From NCBI GenBank assembly GCA_040398005.1, contig JBBAUX010000002.1:1-64000 (forward strand): a DNA stretch of 64,000 nt, read 5' to 3'. Positions within the stretch are counted from its first letter, which is position 1. The number at the start of each line of letters is the position of its first letter. Under the pieces are notes generated by a model. It was not told the DNA's origin. It did not search any database and saw only the letters and a program-made list of their open reading frames with translations. The translations under genes were made by a program, and so were the position numbers. Below, piece by piece: positions 8,928 to 20,451 of this stretch. Source of the stretch: Opitutales bacterium (GTDB lineage: Bacteria > Verrucomicrobiota > Verrucomicrobiia > Opitutales > UBA953).

Positions 8928-10585
8928 TTAGCCGCCTCTCCATTCGTGATTTAGCCCTGATGGATCGGACGTCGCTCGACCTCGGCAAGGGTTTCACGGT
9001 GGTGACCGGCGAAACGGGCGCTGGTAAATCAGTCCTCCTCGGTGCCTTTTCCTTATTAGCCGGCAACCGCGCTGGTAAGACTATCGTTCGCAAAGACGCC
9101 GAAGAATGTCTCGTGGAAGCCGAGCTCGAAGTGGGTAACGACAAGCGATTCACCCAAGTATTAGAAGAGCTCGACCTACCTGCCTGCGATGAAGGACTTT
9201 TATTAATCAAAAGAACGGTCCATGTTTCGAAGGCTGGACGTATTACCGTTAACGGCGGAGCGGCCACTTTAGCCCAATTGCAAAAGCTCGGTGAACTGTG
9301 GATTGATTTTCATGGTCCCGGCGAACCGCAAAAACTTATGCGTGCCGATACGCAGTTAGGGATGTTGGATCTTTATGCTGGGGTGGAAGAATCGCTGAAT
9401 CATTATCGCAAAGTCTGGAAACGCCGCCAAGAGATTTTAAAATCAATTCATGAAATGTCTTCGGCGGAAAAATTGTCTGAAGATGAAATCATTTTTTTAA
9501 AGTCCCAGATTGAAAATTTAGAATCCTTAGATTTGACCGATGAGGCTATTCAGAAGCTTGAGCGTGAACACGCCCGCTCGTCGCGCGCTCAAGAGCTATC
9601 GCAATTATTAGGTCAGATGGATGCGGCTTTGGGTTCGGAGGGTATTGCCCAGGACATGCCTAAGGTTCTTAAAGTAGCCCAATCGATTGCGCGGATTGAT
9701 GCCGATGCGGCCGCGTTGGCTCAGCGATTACAGGGCTTGGCTGCTGAGGCTGATGATATCCGGGCTGATTTTGCACGTCTGGCCCGTGGCCTATCTGCCG
9801 ATGAATCGGAAATCGAAAACTTAGATACGAAAATGAATTTATGGTTAGAGTTCCGTCGTAAATACGGACCCACCGTTGAATCGGTTCGATTGAAACGAGA
9901 TAGCTTAAAGAATCGCTTAATGTCACAGGGCGATATCGAAGCGCGCGTCGAAAAACTTAAAGGAGAGGCAGCCCGTGATGAAAAAGAGTTAAAGAAGTTA
10001 GCCGATGGCTTGCATACGACTCGAGTTAAGGCCGCTGATAAATTGTCGACGGCCGCCAAAAAAATGTTGGGCTCTCTCGGATTTAAGAAAGCGGATCTAA
10101 AAATTGATGTCGCTACAGCAGAACTTGGACCCATGGGTGCGGATCGCGTCCAATTTCAATTCTGCGCCAATGCGGGCCAGGATTTACTCCCCTTGGACCA
10201 AATTGCATCCAGTGGTGAAGCGGCTCGAGTTATGTTAGCTCTAAAGACCGTACTCGCCGCCGTTGATAATACACCCGTTCTGGTATTCGATGAAGTCGAT
10301 GCCAATGTCGGTGGAGAAATTGGTGCACAAGTGGGACACGAACTCGCTGCGTTAGGTAAGAAGCACCAAGTTTTCTGCGTGACCCACTTGCCGCAGGTCG
10401 CTGCATTAGGACATGCCCATTTGGTTGTCACAAAAACACAGGACGACCGTTCGACCTCAGTGGTGATTGAACCGGTTCATACCAAGAGAAAAGACCGTGA
10501 ATTGGAAATTGCTCGTATGTTGGGAGATCGCACCAGCAAGGTCGCCCTTACGCATGCCCGCGAGTTACTTGACTCCGCCGAGTAA
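8924..10585 (+). CDS. recN: DNA repair protein RecN
   Basis: TGETGAGKS Walker A, coiled coil, SSGE, VFDEVDANVGG, VTHLPQVA; ATGA overlap with yggS stop. Confidence 0.95.
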   Translation: MISRLSIRDLALMDRTSLDLGKGFTVVTGETGAGKSVLLGAFSLLAGNRAGKTIVRKDAEECLVEAELEVGNDKRFTQVLEELDLPACDEGLLLIKRTVHVSKAGRITVNGGAATLAQLQKLGELWIDFHGPGEPQKLMRADTQLGMLDLYAGVEESLNHYRKVWKRRQEILKSIHEMSSAEKLSEDEIIFLKSQIENLESLDLTDEAIQKLEREHARSSRAQELSQLLGQMDAALGSEGIAQDMPKVLKVAQSIARIDADAAALAQRLQGLAAEADDIRADFARLARGLSADESEIENLDTKMNLWLEFRRKYGPTVESVRLKRDSLKNRLMSQGDIEARVEKLKGEAARDEKELKKLADGLHTTRVKAADKLSTAAKKMLGSLGFKKADLKIDVATAELGPMGADRVQFQFCANAGQDLLPLDQIASSGEAARVMLALKTVLAAVDNTPVLVFDEVDANVGGEIGAQVGHELAALGKKHQVFCVTHLPQVAALGHAHLVVTKTQDDRSTSVVIEPVHTKRKDRELEIARMLGDRTSKVALTHARELLDSAE

Positions 10586-10586
10586 T

Positions 10587-11369
10587 TTATTTTTTGATAA
10601 AGCGATCGAGCTTCAGTCTCTGAATCACCTTTAAGCCAATCGCTGCGGCCCAGGGCTTAGGTAAGCGGGCGCTGAACATCCCTAATAATTTATTTTTCCA
10701 TCCCGTAATTACCTGCGGCTTGTTTTTCGCCATCGCCTGCAATGCCTCATCCGCACATTCGTCGGCCGTTTGTCCACCCAGCCCCGTTGAACTAATGAAC
10801 CCAGCAGCTTTAGAAAAATTGGTTGAAACTGGACCAGGACAAATCGCGACGCTGCGGACTCCGTATTTTTTCATTTCTGCATCAAGTGCGATACTCCAGT
10901 GCAGGAGAAACGCTTTGGTGGCCGCGTAGGTAGACATGAGTGGGGTAGGCTGGTAGCCAGCTAGGGACGCGACGTTTGCGATTTGGCCTCCGCGTGATTT
11001 TAATTTTTCAATCAACAAGCCAGTAAGGTAAACGGGTGCCGATGTGTTAAGCTCTACCATCTTCATCGTGTGCTCCAAATGCGGTGCGGGAAACTCGCCG
11101 TAGGCCCCCATTCCACTATTATTAATTAATAGAATAGTACCCTGTGGAGGCATTAGTTTTTGTAATTCAGCAACAACGGACTTGATTTCAAGGGATTGAG
11201 AGAGGTCGCAGTTAAGATGAGTAAAGTTCAGATCATTCGAAACATCTTGGGGGGGCGTACGAGATAGGTTGAACACGGCGGCGGCGGTGCTAGACTTTTC
11301 TATACGCGAAAGGAGTGCGCGTCCGATACCCGAAGAAGATCCCGTGATGATGATACATGAAAATGACAT
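10587..11369 (-). CDS. Short-chain dehydrogenase/reductase
   Basis: ITGSSSGIG, INNSG, YAATK catalytic motif; start MSFSC at 11369. Confidence 0.9.
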   Translation of the reverse strand: MSFSCIIITGSSSGIGRALLSRIEKSSTAAAVFNLSRTPPQDVSNDLNFTHLNCDLSQSLEIKSVVAELQKLMPPQGTILLINNSGMGAYGEFPAPHLEHTMKMVELNTSAPVYLTGLLIEKLKSRGGQIANVASLAGYQPTPLMSTYAATKAFLLHWSIALDAEMKKYGVRSVAICPGPVSTNFSKAAGFISSTGLGGQTADECADEALQAMAKNKPQVITGWKNKLLGMFSARLPKPWAAAIGLKVIQRLKLDRFIKK

Positions 11370-11441
11370 CAAAAAATCATCTATGGATTTTTTAGGGGAC
11401 ATGGTGCGTAGCTTTTCGTTTATCCAAACCCCAATAAATAA

Positions 11442-11801
11442 ATGAGCAACACAGCAATCGTCATCTCGGGTGTTCATCTAGAACTCACCGAGGCCCTGAA
11501 AGAAACCGTGCGTACCAAAGTTGAAAAACTTCTACGTCACAATGACCGCATCGTGAAAGTGTTCGTGGAATTGGTTTTTAATCACACCCGAGATCATGCG
11601 CGAGAGTTTGGCGCGCAGATTCGTCTGGAACTACCGGGGCCCGATATTGTCGTGCGCGAAGAGTCCGAAGACCTTTATAAATCTATCGATATCTTGATCG
11701 ATAAAGTGGACCGTCAATTACGCCGCCGTCATCGCCTCCAAAAAGAAAAGCGGAATCATCCAGGTACGACGGACTTGGGTACGCTGGGCAGAAATTCATA
11801 G
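11442..11801 (+). CDS. raiA: Ribosome-associated translation inhibitor RaiA/HPF
   Basis: ISGVHLELTEALKE..., EDLYKSID...KVDRQLRR pattern. Confidence 0.9.
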   Translation: MSNTAIVISGVHLELTEALKETVRTKVEKLLRHNDRIVKVFVELVFNHTRDHAREFGAQIRLELPGPDIVVREESEDLYKSIDILIDKVDRQLRRRHRLQKEKRNHPGTTDLGTLGRNS

Positions 11802-11824
11802 GCTTAAGTGCAGTCCCACTAAAG

Positions 11825-11857
11825 ACCCCTAGTTCATAGCCTAGGGGTTTTTATTTT
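11825..11857 (+). terminator. Intrinsic terminator after raiA
   Basis: ACCCCTAG-8 nt loop-CTAGGGGT followed by TTTTATTTT. Confidence 0.8.
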
Positions 11858-11907
11858 ATACACTTGTTTTCTCGCCCAAGCTGGGGGGTTGGTTCTAGGG
11901 TGGGGCC

Positions 11908-13326
11908 ATGCGGATTTATTTCATGGGCATTTGTGGTACTGCCATGGGCAATGCGGCATTATTAATGCGTGCCCTTGGACATGAGGTGATGGGTTCGGAT
12001 ACCGGTATTTATCCACCCATGTCGAATCACTTGAAAAATGCCGGCATCGAAATTCTGGAAGGCTGGAATGCCGAGCGCCTAGCCGAGTTGCGTCCTGATT
12101 TAGTCGTCGTTGGAAATGTCGCTTCACGCGGGCACCCTGAAGTCGAATTCCTCCTACAGTCGTCACAAAATTATATTTCTCTGCCACAACTCCTTCGCAG
12201 TCACTTACTGAGCGATCGAAAGAATATCGTCATCGCCGGCACTCACGGAAAAACTACGACGACCTGCTTAGCGGCATTCTTACTTAAGGAGGCTAATGCT
12301 CATCCCGGTTGGTTGGTCGGAGGGGTGCCGCGTGATTTGCCCGACAGCGCCTTCATCGGTCAAAGCGCGGGTCCGTTTGTAATCGAGGGTGATGAGTATG
12401 ACTCCGCCTTTTTCGACAAACGTAGTAAATTCATTCAGTATCTACCTCATATTTTAGCTATTAATAATATCGAATTCGACCACGCTGATATTTTCCGCGA
12501 CTTAGAAGATGTCTTACGCACCTTTTCACACGGCCTGCGTGTGGTGCCAGGTAATGGCGTCATCGTGGCAAATGGTGATGATGTTAATGTTATGAATTTG
12601 GTGAATAAAGTGACTTGGGCTCCCGTGGTGAAGGTGGGCGTTGGTGAAAACAACGAAGTTCAAATCAGGAATTTCACTGAAACCTCTACTGGCTCAACTT
12701 TTTCAATCTTTTGGAAGGGCGCGCTCTGGGCTAAAATAGAATGGTCGTTAACCGGTTTATTTAACGCGCGTAATGCTGCCATCGCCGCAGCCTCTGCCGG
12801 TCTATTTCTAAATTCGCAAAATCCTACGCAGTTAAAACTCGATTCCCTTAAAAAGTTTAAAGGTGTGATGCGCCGCCAAGAGGTTTTAATCGAGAATAAG
12901 AACTTAGTTTGTATCGAGGACTTTGGTCATCATCCCACCGCTATACATTGTACGCTAGAGTCGCTGCGCAATCGTTATCCAGCATTCGAATTAGTTGCCT
13001 GTTTTGAGCCGCGGAGTAACACCGCGGCTCGCAAGGTCATGCAGGATAGTTTTGGCGAAGCTTTAGCCCTAGCAGACACTATTTATTTACCGCCCGCACA
13101 CCGTGCTGACAAATTAGGATCAGATAGTTTTGATAGCACGGGTACTGCCCAAACTTTACAGCAAAAAGGTCGTCAAGCCTGGGCCTGTGATTCCCCTGAA
13201 AGTCTTTTAGAGAAACTCATTTTGGATTGTCGCTCAGCAACGAAGCCGAGATTAGTCGTCTTTTTCTCCAATGGATCGTTTGGCGGAATTATCCAGAAGT
13301 TTGCTCAGACGTTTAAGCAAAACTAA
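11908..13326 (+). CDS. mpl: Murein peptide ligase Mpl (MurC-like family)
   Basis: GICGTAMG, GTHGKTTT, EGDEYDSAFFDKRSKF, EFDHADIF, DFGHHPT, FEPRSNT, SNGSFGG. Confidence 0.9.
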   Translation: MRIYFMGICGTAMGNAALLMRALGHEVMGSDTGIYPPMSNHLKNAGIEILEGWNAERLAELRPDLVVVGNVASRGHPEVEFLLQSSQNYISLPQLLRSHLLSDRKNIVIAGTHGKTTTTCLAAFLLKEANAHPGWLVGGVPRDLPDSAFIGQSAGPFVIEGDEYDSAFFDKRSKFIQYLPHILAINNIEFDHADIFRDLEDVLRTFSHGLRVVPGNGVIVANGDDVNVMNLVNKVTWAPVVKVGVGENNEVQIRNFTETSTGSTFSIFWKGALWAKIEWSLTGLFNARNAAIAAASAGLFLNSQNPTQLKLDSLKKFKGVMRRQEVLIENKNLVCIEDFGHHPTAIHCTLESLRNRYPAFELVACFEPRSNTAARKVMQDSFGEALALADTIYLPPAHRADKLGSDSFDSTGTAQTLQQKGRQAWACDSPESLLEKLILDCRSATKPRLVVFFSNGSFGGIIQKFAQTFKQN

Positions 13327-14238
13327 TTAGGTTAGGCCTAAGAGTTTTTTTGCCTGAATTTCATCTTTGGCAATCTGGGCTTTTAAATCTTCCAAGGAAT
13401 CAAATTTTTTCTCTCCGCGAATTCGATAAAGCCAACGAACGCGTAGGGCGTCTCCAGCTTGTGGAAGGGTGCCGCTGACTTTTAAAAGGTGAGATTCGAG
13501 TAGTGGTTTAACCGGCTCCTTTTCAACGGTCGGGCGAACTCCCCAGTTAGCGACAGCGGGCTCTGCGATGCCCTCAGCGCCAATACATTCAACGGCATAA
13601 ACACCAAAGGCTGGTTGCAGTTCGGGACTCCATGCCATGTTTAAAGTCGGATACCCAATCGTCCTTCCGAGTTTCTGTCCTTCAATTAAAACACCTTCGG
13701 CTTCGTACGGTCGAAGGAGTAGGCGATTGGCTAATTCAATGTTTCCGTCGACCAGTGCGCCGCGAATACGTGAGCTACTCACTGAGTCGCCTTCGAATTC
13801 CACGGCAGGACAACTATGTACCGAAAGTCCGAGCGGTTTAGCGTCATGCATCAATCGTTCCGCGTTACCTTGTCGATTGTGTCCGTAGTGAAAATTATTT
13901 CCAATATGAATGCTCCGCAGATTTTTGAACTGGTGCATGAGCCACGCAGGAAAATCTTGAGCTAAGATCGCCGAGTATTGAGCGTTAAAGGTTTGATGAT
14001 GGATAAACTGAGCACCGGCCTCGGTGAGACGTTCGTCTTTTTGTGCGCGCGTGAAAAGTAGTGGGACCGGTTTATCGGGACGGAGGATGCGGCTGGGATG
14101 CGGATCAAAAGTCATCACTCCCACTAAGCCACCATCGCGCCGAGCTTGCTCACGTGCCGAATATAAAACGGTACGATGACCGAGGTGCACTCCATCGAAG
14201 GCACCAATCGCTAAATGGAGGGGAGGGTGTTGACTCAT
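13327..14238 (-). CDS. ribF: Bifunctional riboflavin kinase/FAD synthetase
   Basis: [37 protein letters not shown]. Confidence 0.95.
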   Translation of the reverse strand: MSQHPPLHLAIGAFDGVHLGHRTVLYSAREQARRDGGLVGVMTFDPHPSRILRPDKPVPLLFTRAQKDERLTEAGAQFIHHQTFNAQYSAILAQDFPAWLMHQFKNLRSIHIGNNFHYGHNRQGNAERLMHDAKPLGLSVHSCPAVEFEGDSVSSSRIRGALVDGNIELANRLLLRPYEAEGVLIEGQKLGRTIGYPTLNMAWSPELQPAFGVYAVECIGAEGIAEPAVANWGVRPTVEKEPVKPLLESHLLKVSGTLPQAGDALRVRWLYRIRGEKKFDSLEDLKAQIAKDEIQAKKLLGLT

Positions 14239-14963
14239 CCTAAGGCAATACTGGGTACGACTTCATTCACAGGAATCAAACACTCCCGTAATTGTTGCGC
14301 ATTCATCGCGCCTAATTGTTCTAGGGTTTTTCCGCGTTCGATGCTGAGATTTCCTGAATGCGTACGACGTAACATCGAGAGGTGGGCCCCCGACCCGAGT
14401 TTCTTGCCTAAATCGAAGGCTAAGGTTCGGATGTAAGTGCCTTTAGTACATTGTACTTTAAAAGTGAATTTGGGACTCACCCAGCTTTGTAATTCCAAAA
14501 GATTTATGCGGATGAAGCGCGGCTCGCGTTCGACTTCGATTCCCTTGCGGGCTAATTCATAAAGTTTTTTACCACCGATTTTTTTCGCCGAATACATGGG
14601 TGGAGTTTGATACTGATCACCCAACATCGATTTTAGAGCTTCGGTAATTTGGGTTTCTGAAAGGGGTGGTACGGGCTGAGTTTCGGTTATCTCGCCATCG
14701 GCGTCTTGGCTATCAGTCGTTACTCCCAGTGTGGCTTCGCCTAGGTATTCTTTTTCCTGCGACATTAAATATTGCGATGCCTTGGTCGCTTTACCAACCA
14801 ACATGATGAGTAGTCCAGTAGCCATGGGGTCGAGGGTTCCGGCATGTCCTACTCGGCGAGTTTGATAAAGGTGACGGATTTTATCTACGACATCGTGTGA
14901 CGTGATGCCTTGTGGTTTATCGACCACTAAGATTCCTTCAGGCTCCGAGAGGGAAGGGTTCAT
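14235..14963 (-). CDS. truB: tRNA pseudouridine(55) synthase
   Basis: [36 protein letters not shown]. Confidence 0.96.
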   Translation of the reverse strand: MNPSLSEPEGILVVDKPQGITSHDVVDKIRHLYQTRRVGHAGTLDPMATGLLIMLVGKATKASQYLMSQEKEYLGEATLGVTTDSQDADGEITETQPVPPLSETQITEALKSMLGDQYQTPPMYSAKKIGGKKLYELARKGIEVEREPRFIRINLLELQSWVSPKFTFKVQCTKGTYIRTLAFDLGKKLGSGAHLSMLRRTHSGNLSIERGKTLEQLGAMNAQQLRECLIPVNEVVPSIALG

Positions 14964-15961
14964 GCGCGCGTTTGTTCGCGGTAGTGGGCGATGATGATAT
15001 CGAGAATACGCTGACGATCATTCTGCAACGTACAGCCAATCATATTAAAGCCCGCTGCGAGAATGTGTCCGCCCCCGTTGAGCTTTGCGGCAAGTAAATC
15101 GAGACGTAGTTTGGGATCACGTCCGCGTAAACTTCCCCGAATACCGTCTTTGCCTTCTTCGAAGAGTACGGCGATGTCTACGCCCATCACCGAACGTGGA
15201 AATTCCACGAGCCCTTCTTTATCTTCTTTGGTTGTTCCGGTTGCGGAATAGTCCACTTGTGTAATTTCACCCGAACAAATTTTTCCATTTTCATGAAAGA
15301 GTATGGAATTTAAAAATCTTTTAGTGAGTTCTAGTTTTCCCCGACTCTCTTGTTCGAAGATGTAAAAATTAGCTTCTTCGGGTTTAGCACCGCGTTTAAT
15401 TAACTCGGCGGCAATCTCGAGTACGCTAGCGGTAACACTCGCGTAGCAAAATCTTCCCGTGTCGGTGATGATTCCAAGGTGTAATGATTTCGCCGTCGCT
15501 TCATCGCAGTGGAGTCCGTGCTTAAGTGCGCCGTACGCCAAGACGTGGCAAGTGGCGGCGGCCTCTTTGACTACGATATTAATTTTAGCGTAATCGGGGT
15601 TGGAGGAGTGGTGATCGATATTTGCGAGAATCTGATTATTAAACTTAGCGAGTAATTCTGTCCCTATTCTTGTCGCATCGGCACAGTCCACGGCGATGGC
15701 TTGGCGCCCGTCGGCCGTGTATTGGTCGGCGGTTAAGAACTTAATTCCTTGGGTGTAGGTGGTTAGATTGGTCGGTACTCGATCGCGGTTAACACAGAGG
15801 GCGTCTACGCCTTCCGCCAGGAGTATGCGACAGAGGGCACTCTGAGAGCCAATACAGTCCCCATCGGGCCTCATATGGCCCAATACGGCCACTTTTTGAC
15901 CCCTCAGGCTGGTAACTAGCTCTTTGAGAGCCGCGCCGGCTAATTGCATGCTTATTGCCAT
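14960..15961 (-). CDS. DHH family phosphoesterase (NrnA-like)
   Basis: [20 protein letters not shown] motifs; start at 15961 or 15949. Confidence 0.9.
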   Translation of the reverse strand: MAISMQLAGAALKELVTSLRGQKVAVLGHMRPDGDCIGSQSALCRILLAEGVDALCVNRDRVPTNLTTYTQGIKFLTADQYTADGRQAIAVDCADATRIGTELLAKFNNQILANIDHHSSNPDYAKINIVVKEAAATCHVLAYGALKHGLHCDEATAKSLHLGIITDTGRFCYASVTASVLEIAAELIKRGAKPEEANFYIFEQESRGKLELTKRFLNSILFHENGKICSGEITQVDYSATGTTKEDKEGLVEFPRSVMGVDIAVLFEEGKDGIRGSLRGRDPKLRLDLLAAKLNGGGHILAAGFNMIGCTLQNDRQRILDIIIAHYREQTRA

Positions 15962-16089
15962 AATTATTAGGAGTATACAAACCACCGACTCGGCCCCGAG
16001 GCAAAGGCAAAAGAACGGGTTATTTACAAAATAGGAGGAACGCTTGATGGAAGGTCCAGACTGGGCATACTATCTGCTTAATACTCCAC

Positions 16090-18639
16090 ATGGATAAGGA
16101 TAAAAACCAAAACTTCACTCCCCGCGCCCGCAAGGTCGTGGAACTCGCGCGCAGCGAAGCTCGCCGCTTCAATCATAATTACGTCGGTACCGAACACATC
16201 CTTCTTGGTCTTATTAAATTAGGCGAAGGCGTCGCCGTTAATGTTCTTGGTCGGATGGGTCTCGATTTAAAAACGGTCCGCACCGCTGTTGAAAAACAAG
16301 TCGGCCCTGGACCCGAAGAAGCGAAAGCTCCCGAAACTATTCCGCTCACGCCACGTGTCCAAAAGGTGATGGCTCATGCGATTGCCGAAGGTCGCACACT
16401 GGGTCATGCCTATGTGGGTACTGAACATATTTTATTGGGCCTACTTAAAGAAGGCGAAGGCGTCGCAGCCCGCGTACTCCAAGCGTTGAATGTTGATTTA
16501 GAACGTTGCCGTAAAGAAATTCTTGCGGACATCGAACCTAATGCGTCGGGTGACGCTGATAAACCTTCCACTCCAGAGAGTATGTCGGATGAACCAGGGG
16601 ATGACACTCCGCCTCCCTCGCGCCGTTCCTCCGAAGATAATGCTAATCGTCCAGGTCGCGGAGAGCGTTTGTCTTTATTAAAAACTTTTGGCCGCGATCT
16701 TACCGAGCTCGCTCGCGCGGGAGATTTAGATCCCGTTATCGGACGCAAAGAAGAAATTCGTCGCGTCGTGCAAATTCTTTGCCGCCGTACCAAGAATAAC
16801 CCTGTGCTTATTGGTGAAGCCGGGGTGGGTAAAACTGCTATCGTCGAAGGCCTCGCTCAAGAAATTGCGTCGGGTATCGTTCCCGAAATTTTACTCGATC
16901 GTAAAGTCATTACGCTCGACCTCGCCTTGATGGTCGCCGGTACCAAGTATCGCGGACAGTTTGAAGAACGCATCAAGGGTATCATGGATGAAATCAAGCG
17001 TGCGAAAAACATTATCCTCTTTATCGATGAAATGCACACCATCGTCGGTGCGGGTGCGGCCGAAGGTGCTATGGATGCTTCTAATATTTTAAAGCCTGCT
17101 TTATCGCGTGGTGAAATCCAGTGCGTCGGTGCGACCACCTTGTCTGAATATCGTAAGCACATCGAAAAAGATGCGGCACTCGAACGCCGCTTCCAACCGG
17201 TTAAGGTCGACGATCCTTCGCCCGAAGATGCCGTACTTATTCTAAAAGGTATCCGTCACAAATATGAAGAGCACCACAAGTGTGAATACACCGACGCTGC
17301 TATTGAAGCCGCCGTCCGTCTCTCGCATCGCTACATTACCTCACGTCACCTGCCCGATAAAGCAATCGACGTGATGGATGAAGCCGGTGCGCGTGCCCGT
17401 ATTCGTTCACTGAATTTACCTCCCGAACTCGATAAGGCCCAAGCCGATATTGATGCGGTCGTGGTGCAAAAAGAAGAAGCCTCTCGCCAACAAAAGTTTG
17501 AAGAAGCTGCTAATCTCCGCGACACCGAGAAAAAACTCCGCGCCAAACGCGAGAAGATGCTCGAAGAGTGGAAGAAGAAACGCGACGAAAAGAAAATCAT
17601 CGTGGGTGAAGATGAAATGCTCCACATCGTAGCCGACTGGACGGGCGTTCCGCTTAATCGTATGGAAAGCAAAGAGTCCAAGAAGCTGCTCGAACTCGAA
17701 GTCGACTTACAAGGCAGTGTTATCGGACAAGACCGCGCCTGCGAAGTCGTGGCTCGTGCCCTCCGTCGCTCCCGTGCGGATCTAAAAGATCCCCGTCGCC
17801 CGATTGGTTCCTTTTTATTCCTCGGTCCAACCGGCGTGGGTAAAACCTTACTCGCTCGCACTCTCGCTGAACGTATGTTCGGTGAAAAAGAAGCGGTCAT
17901 TCAGATTGATATGTCCGAGTACATGGAAAAGTTTACCGTTTCGCGACTCATCGGCTCTCCTCCCGGTTATGTCGGACATGATGAAGGTGGACAACTCACC
18001 GAACTCGTTCGCCGCAAGCCTTACTCCGTCGTGCTCTTCGACGAAATTGAGAAGGCTCACCCCGATGTGATTCAATTGCTATTACAGGCACTCGAAGACG
18101 GTCGCTTAACCGACTCGCTCGGCCGCGTGGTCGATTTCCGTAATACGATTATTATTATGACCTCGAACGTCGGGGCAGATGTTTTACAACGCAACAACTC
18201 CGTCGGCTTCGATGTTGGCGTCAGCACCACGCGCGATTACGAAAAACTTAAAGACCGCATCATGGAAGAAACTAAGCGCGCCTTTAAACCAGAGTTCTTA
18301 AATCGTCTGACTGATATCGTCATCTTCCAACAGCTCGCGAAGGAGCACATGACGAAGATTGTGGATATCGAAGTCGCGAAAGTTGCCAAACGTCTGCTCG
18401 ATCTTGGTGTTAAGTTGGTCGTGAATGAAGCAGCTCGTGGATACCTCGTCGATAATGGCTGGGACGAAAAATATGGTGCCCGCCCACTGCGTCGTGCCGT
18501 CGAACGTTTGCTGGAAGATCCACTCGCCGAATCTATTTTACGTAATGATTACCATAAAGAAGAGCCTGTGATTGTCAGTGTCGGGGAAAAAGGCTTGGTC
18601 TTTACGCAAAAGAAATCAGGCGAAATTTCTGGGACGTAA
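16090..18639 (+). CDS. clpC: ATP-dependent Clp protease ATP-binding subunit ClpC
   Basis: Two Clp-N repeats ([11 protein letters not shown] x2), two AAA+ modules ([16 protein letters not shown]), short UVR M-domain (FEEAANLRD), VGF ClpP-docking loop. Confidence 0.95.
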   Translation: MDKDKNQNFTPRARKVVELARSEARRFNHNYVGTEHILLGLIKLGEGVAVNVLGRMGLDLKTVRTAVEKQVGPGPEEAKAPETIPLTPRVQKVMAHAIAEGRTLGHAYVGTEHILLGLLKEGEGVAARVLQALNVDLERCRKEILADIEPNASGDADKPSTPESMSDEPGDDTPPPSRRSSEDNANRPGRGERLSLLKTFGRDLTELARAGDLDPVIGRKEEIRRVVQILCRRTKNNPVLIGEAGVGKTAIVEGLAQEIASGIVPEILLDRKVITLDLALMVAGTKYRGQFEERIKGIMDEIKRAKNIILFIDEMHTIVGAGAAEGAMDASNILKPALSRGEIQCVGATTLSEYRKHIEKDAALERRFQPVKVDDPSPEDAVLILKGIRHKYEEHHKCEYTDAAIEAAVRLSHRYITSRHLPDKAIDVMDEAGARARIRSLNLPPELDKAQADIDAVVVQKEEASRQQKFEEAANLRDTEKKLRAKREKMLEEWKKKRDEKKIIVGEDEMLHIVADWTGVPLNRMESKESKKLLELEVDLQGSVIGQDRACEVVARALRRSRADLKDPRRPIGSFLFLGPTGVGKTLLARTLAERMFGEKEAVIQIDMSEYMEKFTVSRLIGSPPGYVGHDEGGQLTELVRRKPYSVVLFDEIEKAHPDVIQLLLQALEDGRLTDSLGRVVDFRNTIIIMTSNVGADVLQRNNSVGFDVGVSTTRDYEKLKDRIMEETKRAFKPEFLNRLTDIVIFQQLAKEHMTKIVDIEVAKVAKRLLDLGVKLVVNEAARGYLVDNGWDEKYGARPLRRAVERLLEDPLAESILRNDYHKEEPVIVSVGEKGLVFTQKKSGEISGT

Positions 18640-18642
18640 TTC

Positions 18643-18990
18643 ATGTCGTCACGCACCGTCATCGCAGGGCTGATGGGCGCTACCGCCGTCGCCCTGGGGG
18701 CGTTTGGTGCTCATGGCTTAAAGCAGATTCTTCAACAGAATCCGGATGCGTTGAGTTGGTGGAATACGGCGACGCAGTATTTAATGATTCATGCGATTGC
18801 GGTGGGTGTGATTAAATCAGCTCGTTCAACTTATCTATGGCTCAGTGGTTCACTTATTTTTTCTTCAACCCTCTATGCCATGGCGTTAGGTGGTCCAAAA
18901 TGGCTCGGTGCAATCACGCCCATCGGCGGCACTCTCTTAATCGCCGGTTGGCTGATGTTGATTTTCTTAAAAGAAGAATCATCTAATTAA
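18643..18990 (+). CDS. DUF423 (YgdD/TMEM256) membrane protein
   Basis: ALGAFGAHGL, LGAITPIGG motifs. Confidence 0.9.
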   Translation: MSSRTVIAGLMGATAVALGAFGAHGLKQILQQNPDALSWWNTATQYLMIHAIAVGVIKSARSTYLWLSGSLIFSSTLYAMALGGPKWLGAITPIGGTLLIAGWLMLIFLKEESSN

Positions 18991-18997
18991 GCTAAAT

Positions 18998-19030
18998 AAA
19001 AAACCCGTAGTAAAAACTACGGGTTTTTTT
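18998..19030. terminator. Bidirectional intrinsic terminator
   Basis: AAAAAACCCGTAG-loop-CTACGGGTTTTTTT between convergent genes. Confidence 0.85.
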
Positions 19031-19051
19031 GTGAAGATAATTTTACGAGAA

Positions 19052-19300
19052 TTAGTCTTTCTTATCTTTCTTCTTCATTTTGCTTTTTGATTCTTTTTTG
19101 TATTCCTCCTCGTCATCATCATCATCGTCGCCATTATCGCAAGAGCAGCACTTACAGCAGTTGGATTGTTCGCTGTAGCGATCATTTTCCTTACCCCATT
19201 TTCCGCGCTTAGAAACGCCTTTGACGACTAAAGCTCCGATGGCAAGTAGGGCGAGAATAACGCCGACGACGATTAAGATTTTTTTGAGCAGGGGATTCAT
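19052..19300 (-). CDS. Small membrane-anchored protein with Cys cluster, acidic tract and basic tail
   Basis: 82 aa: N-terminal TM, CCKCCSC, DDDDDDEEE, KKESKSKMKKKDKKD; followed by a terminator. Confidence 0.7.
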   Translation of the reverse strand: MNPLLKKILIVVGVILALLAIGALVVKGVSKRGKWGKENDRYSEQSNCCKCCSCDNGDDDDDDEEEYKKESKSKMKKKDKKD

Positions 19301-19332
19301 GGTTTATTTTTAGTTAAGTAGGGTGCTCCTAT

Positions 19333-20382
19333 CTAAACACTGGCACAAGAGGGAAGTTTAGCTTTTCTGCGAATGCAGACTGCGGCGAGTGATAAGGCTC
19401 CCAAAAAGAGACCATAGGTCGAGGGTTCGGGTATTTCTGATTGTCCTAAAGCTGAGAGTTCCCAGCCGAGTGTGTCCATGACCAGAAGGTCATTTTTAGA
19501 AACTACCAGTTTTTGTCCGTAATCGGCGGTCGGTGCCATCATGCCCAGATTCCCTGTTAGGTAAAAATGTGAGGCTTGTTGTCCGTCGCCGATGTTAACT
19601 CCGAGAGACATAGGAATGGCTACGCCGTTGATATAAGTGAATTTCGCTACAGGACCTGCAGAAACATCGGAGATGCCGAGTGCAAAACTCGATGCCGAAT
19701 AACGCATGAAGTCCATCGGCAAATTCAGAAAGTCTACAGCATTACCGCCATAAGTATCTACATCATCGACGATACTCATGAAACCAAGCGCATGACCAAT
19801 TTCGTGTGCGGCTGCGCCAACGAAATCCATTTGGTTATTAGTGATGCCATTGGATCGATTATAATCGAAAGCAAACGCAGTATTAAATTGAATCAAAGCA
19901 TCTAAACCTGCGTTGGTTGCGGATAGTAGACCGAGTGCCTTGGCGTTGCCGCCATTAATATAAATTTTCGACTGTGTATCTACCCAGGTCGCATAGGGGT
20001 CTGCTCCTGGAGTGTCGTTAGTTTGATTGATTAACCGCGCATATGAATTGCCGGTGGGTAGGGTGGCGAGAAAGGCTGCGTCGGTTGTGCTCGTCGCTTT
20101 TTGTGCGACCGTGGTTCTGAAGTCTGAATATGAGGCATCATACCACGCGGAGCCCGCTTGCCCGATGATGTTCGAGCTGAGACTCAGCATACCTACTTTA
20201 ATATTAACGGTGACGTTGCTGCTAATGCGACTTTCCCAAATTCCCGCCGCTTCCGAAAATCCGTTGCGTTGATCGGCGTTTAAGGGCGCAGCGGCATCTT
20301 CAATTAAATTAATATATAAAGCTGAAGCCTCTGCACTCAGTAAACACGCACCAACGAGAAAGATTCGTGTGAGGGGTTTCAC
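19333..20382 (-). CDS. Secreted zinc metalloprotease with PEP-CTERM sorting signal
   Basis: Signal peptide, DFVGAAAHEIGHALGF, QASHF, MMAP; C-terminal IPEPSTY-TM-RRK. Confidence 0.85.
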   Translation of the reverse strand: MKPLTRIFLVGACLLSAEASALYINLIEDAAAPLNADQRNGFSEAAGIWESRISSNVTVNIKVGMLSLSSNIIGQAGSAWYDASYSDFRTTVAQKATSTTDAAFLATLPTGNSYARLINQTNDTPGADPYATWVDTQSKIYINGGNAKALGLLSATNAGLDALIQFNTAFAFDYNRSNGITNNQMDFVGAAAHEIGHALGFMSIVDDVDTYGGNAVDFLNLPMDFMRYSASSFALGISDVSAGPVAKFTYINGVAIPMSLGVNIGDGQQASHFYLTGNLGMMAPTADYGQKLVVSKNDLLVMDTLGWELSALGQSEIPEPSTYGLFLGALSLAAVCIRRKAKLPSCASV

Positions 20383-20451
20383 ACTTCCTTATTAATAATA
20401 CTTTTTAGAAAAATCAACCCTACTGGATTAAATTTCAGCTCTTAATCTGAA

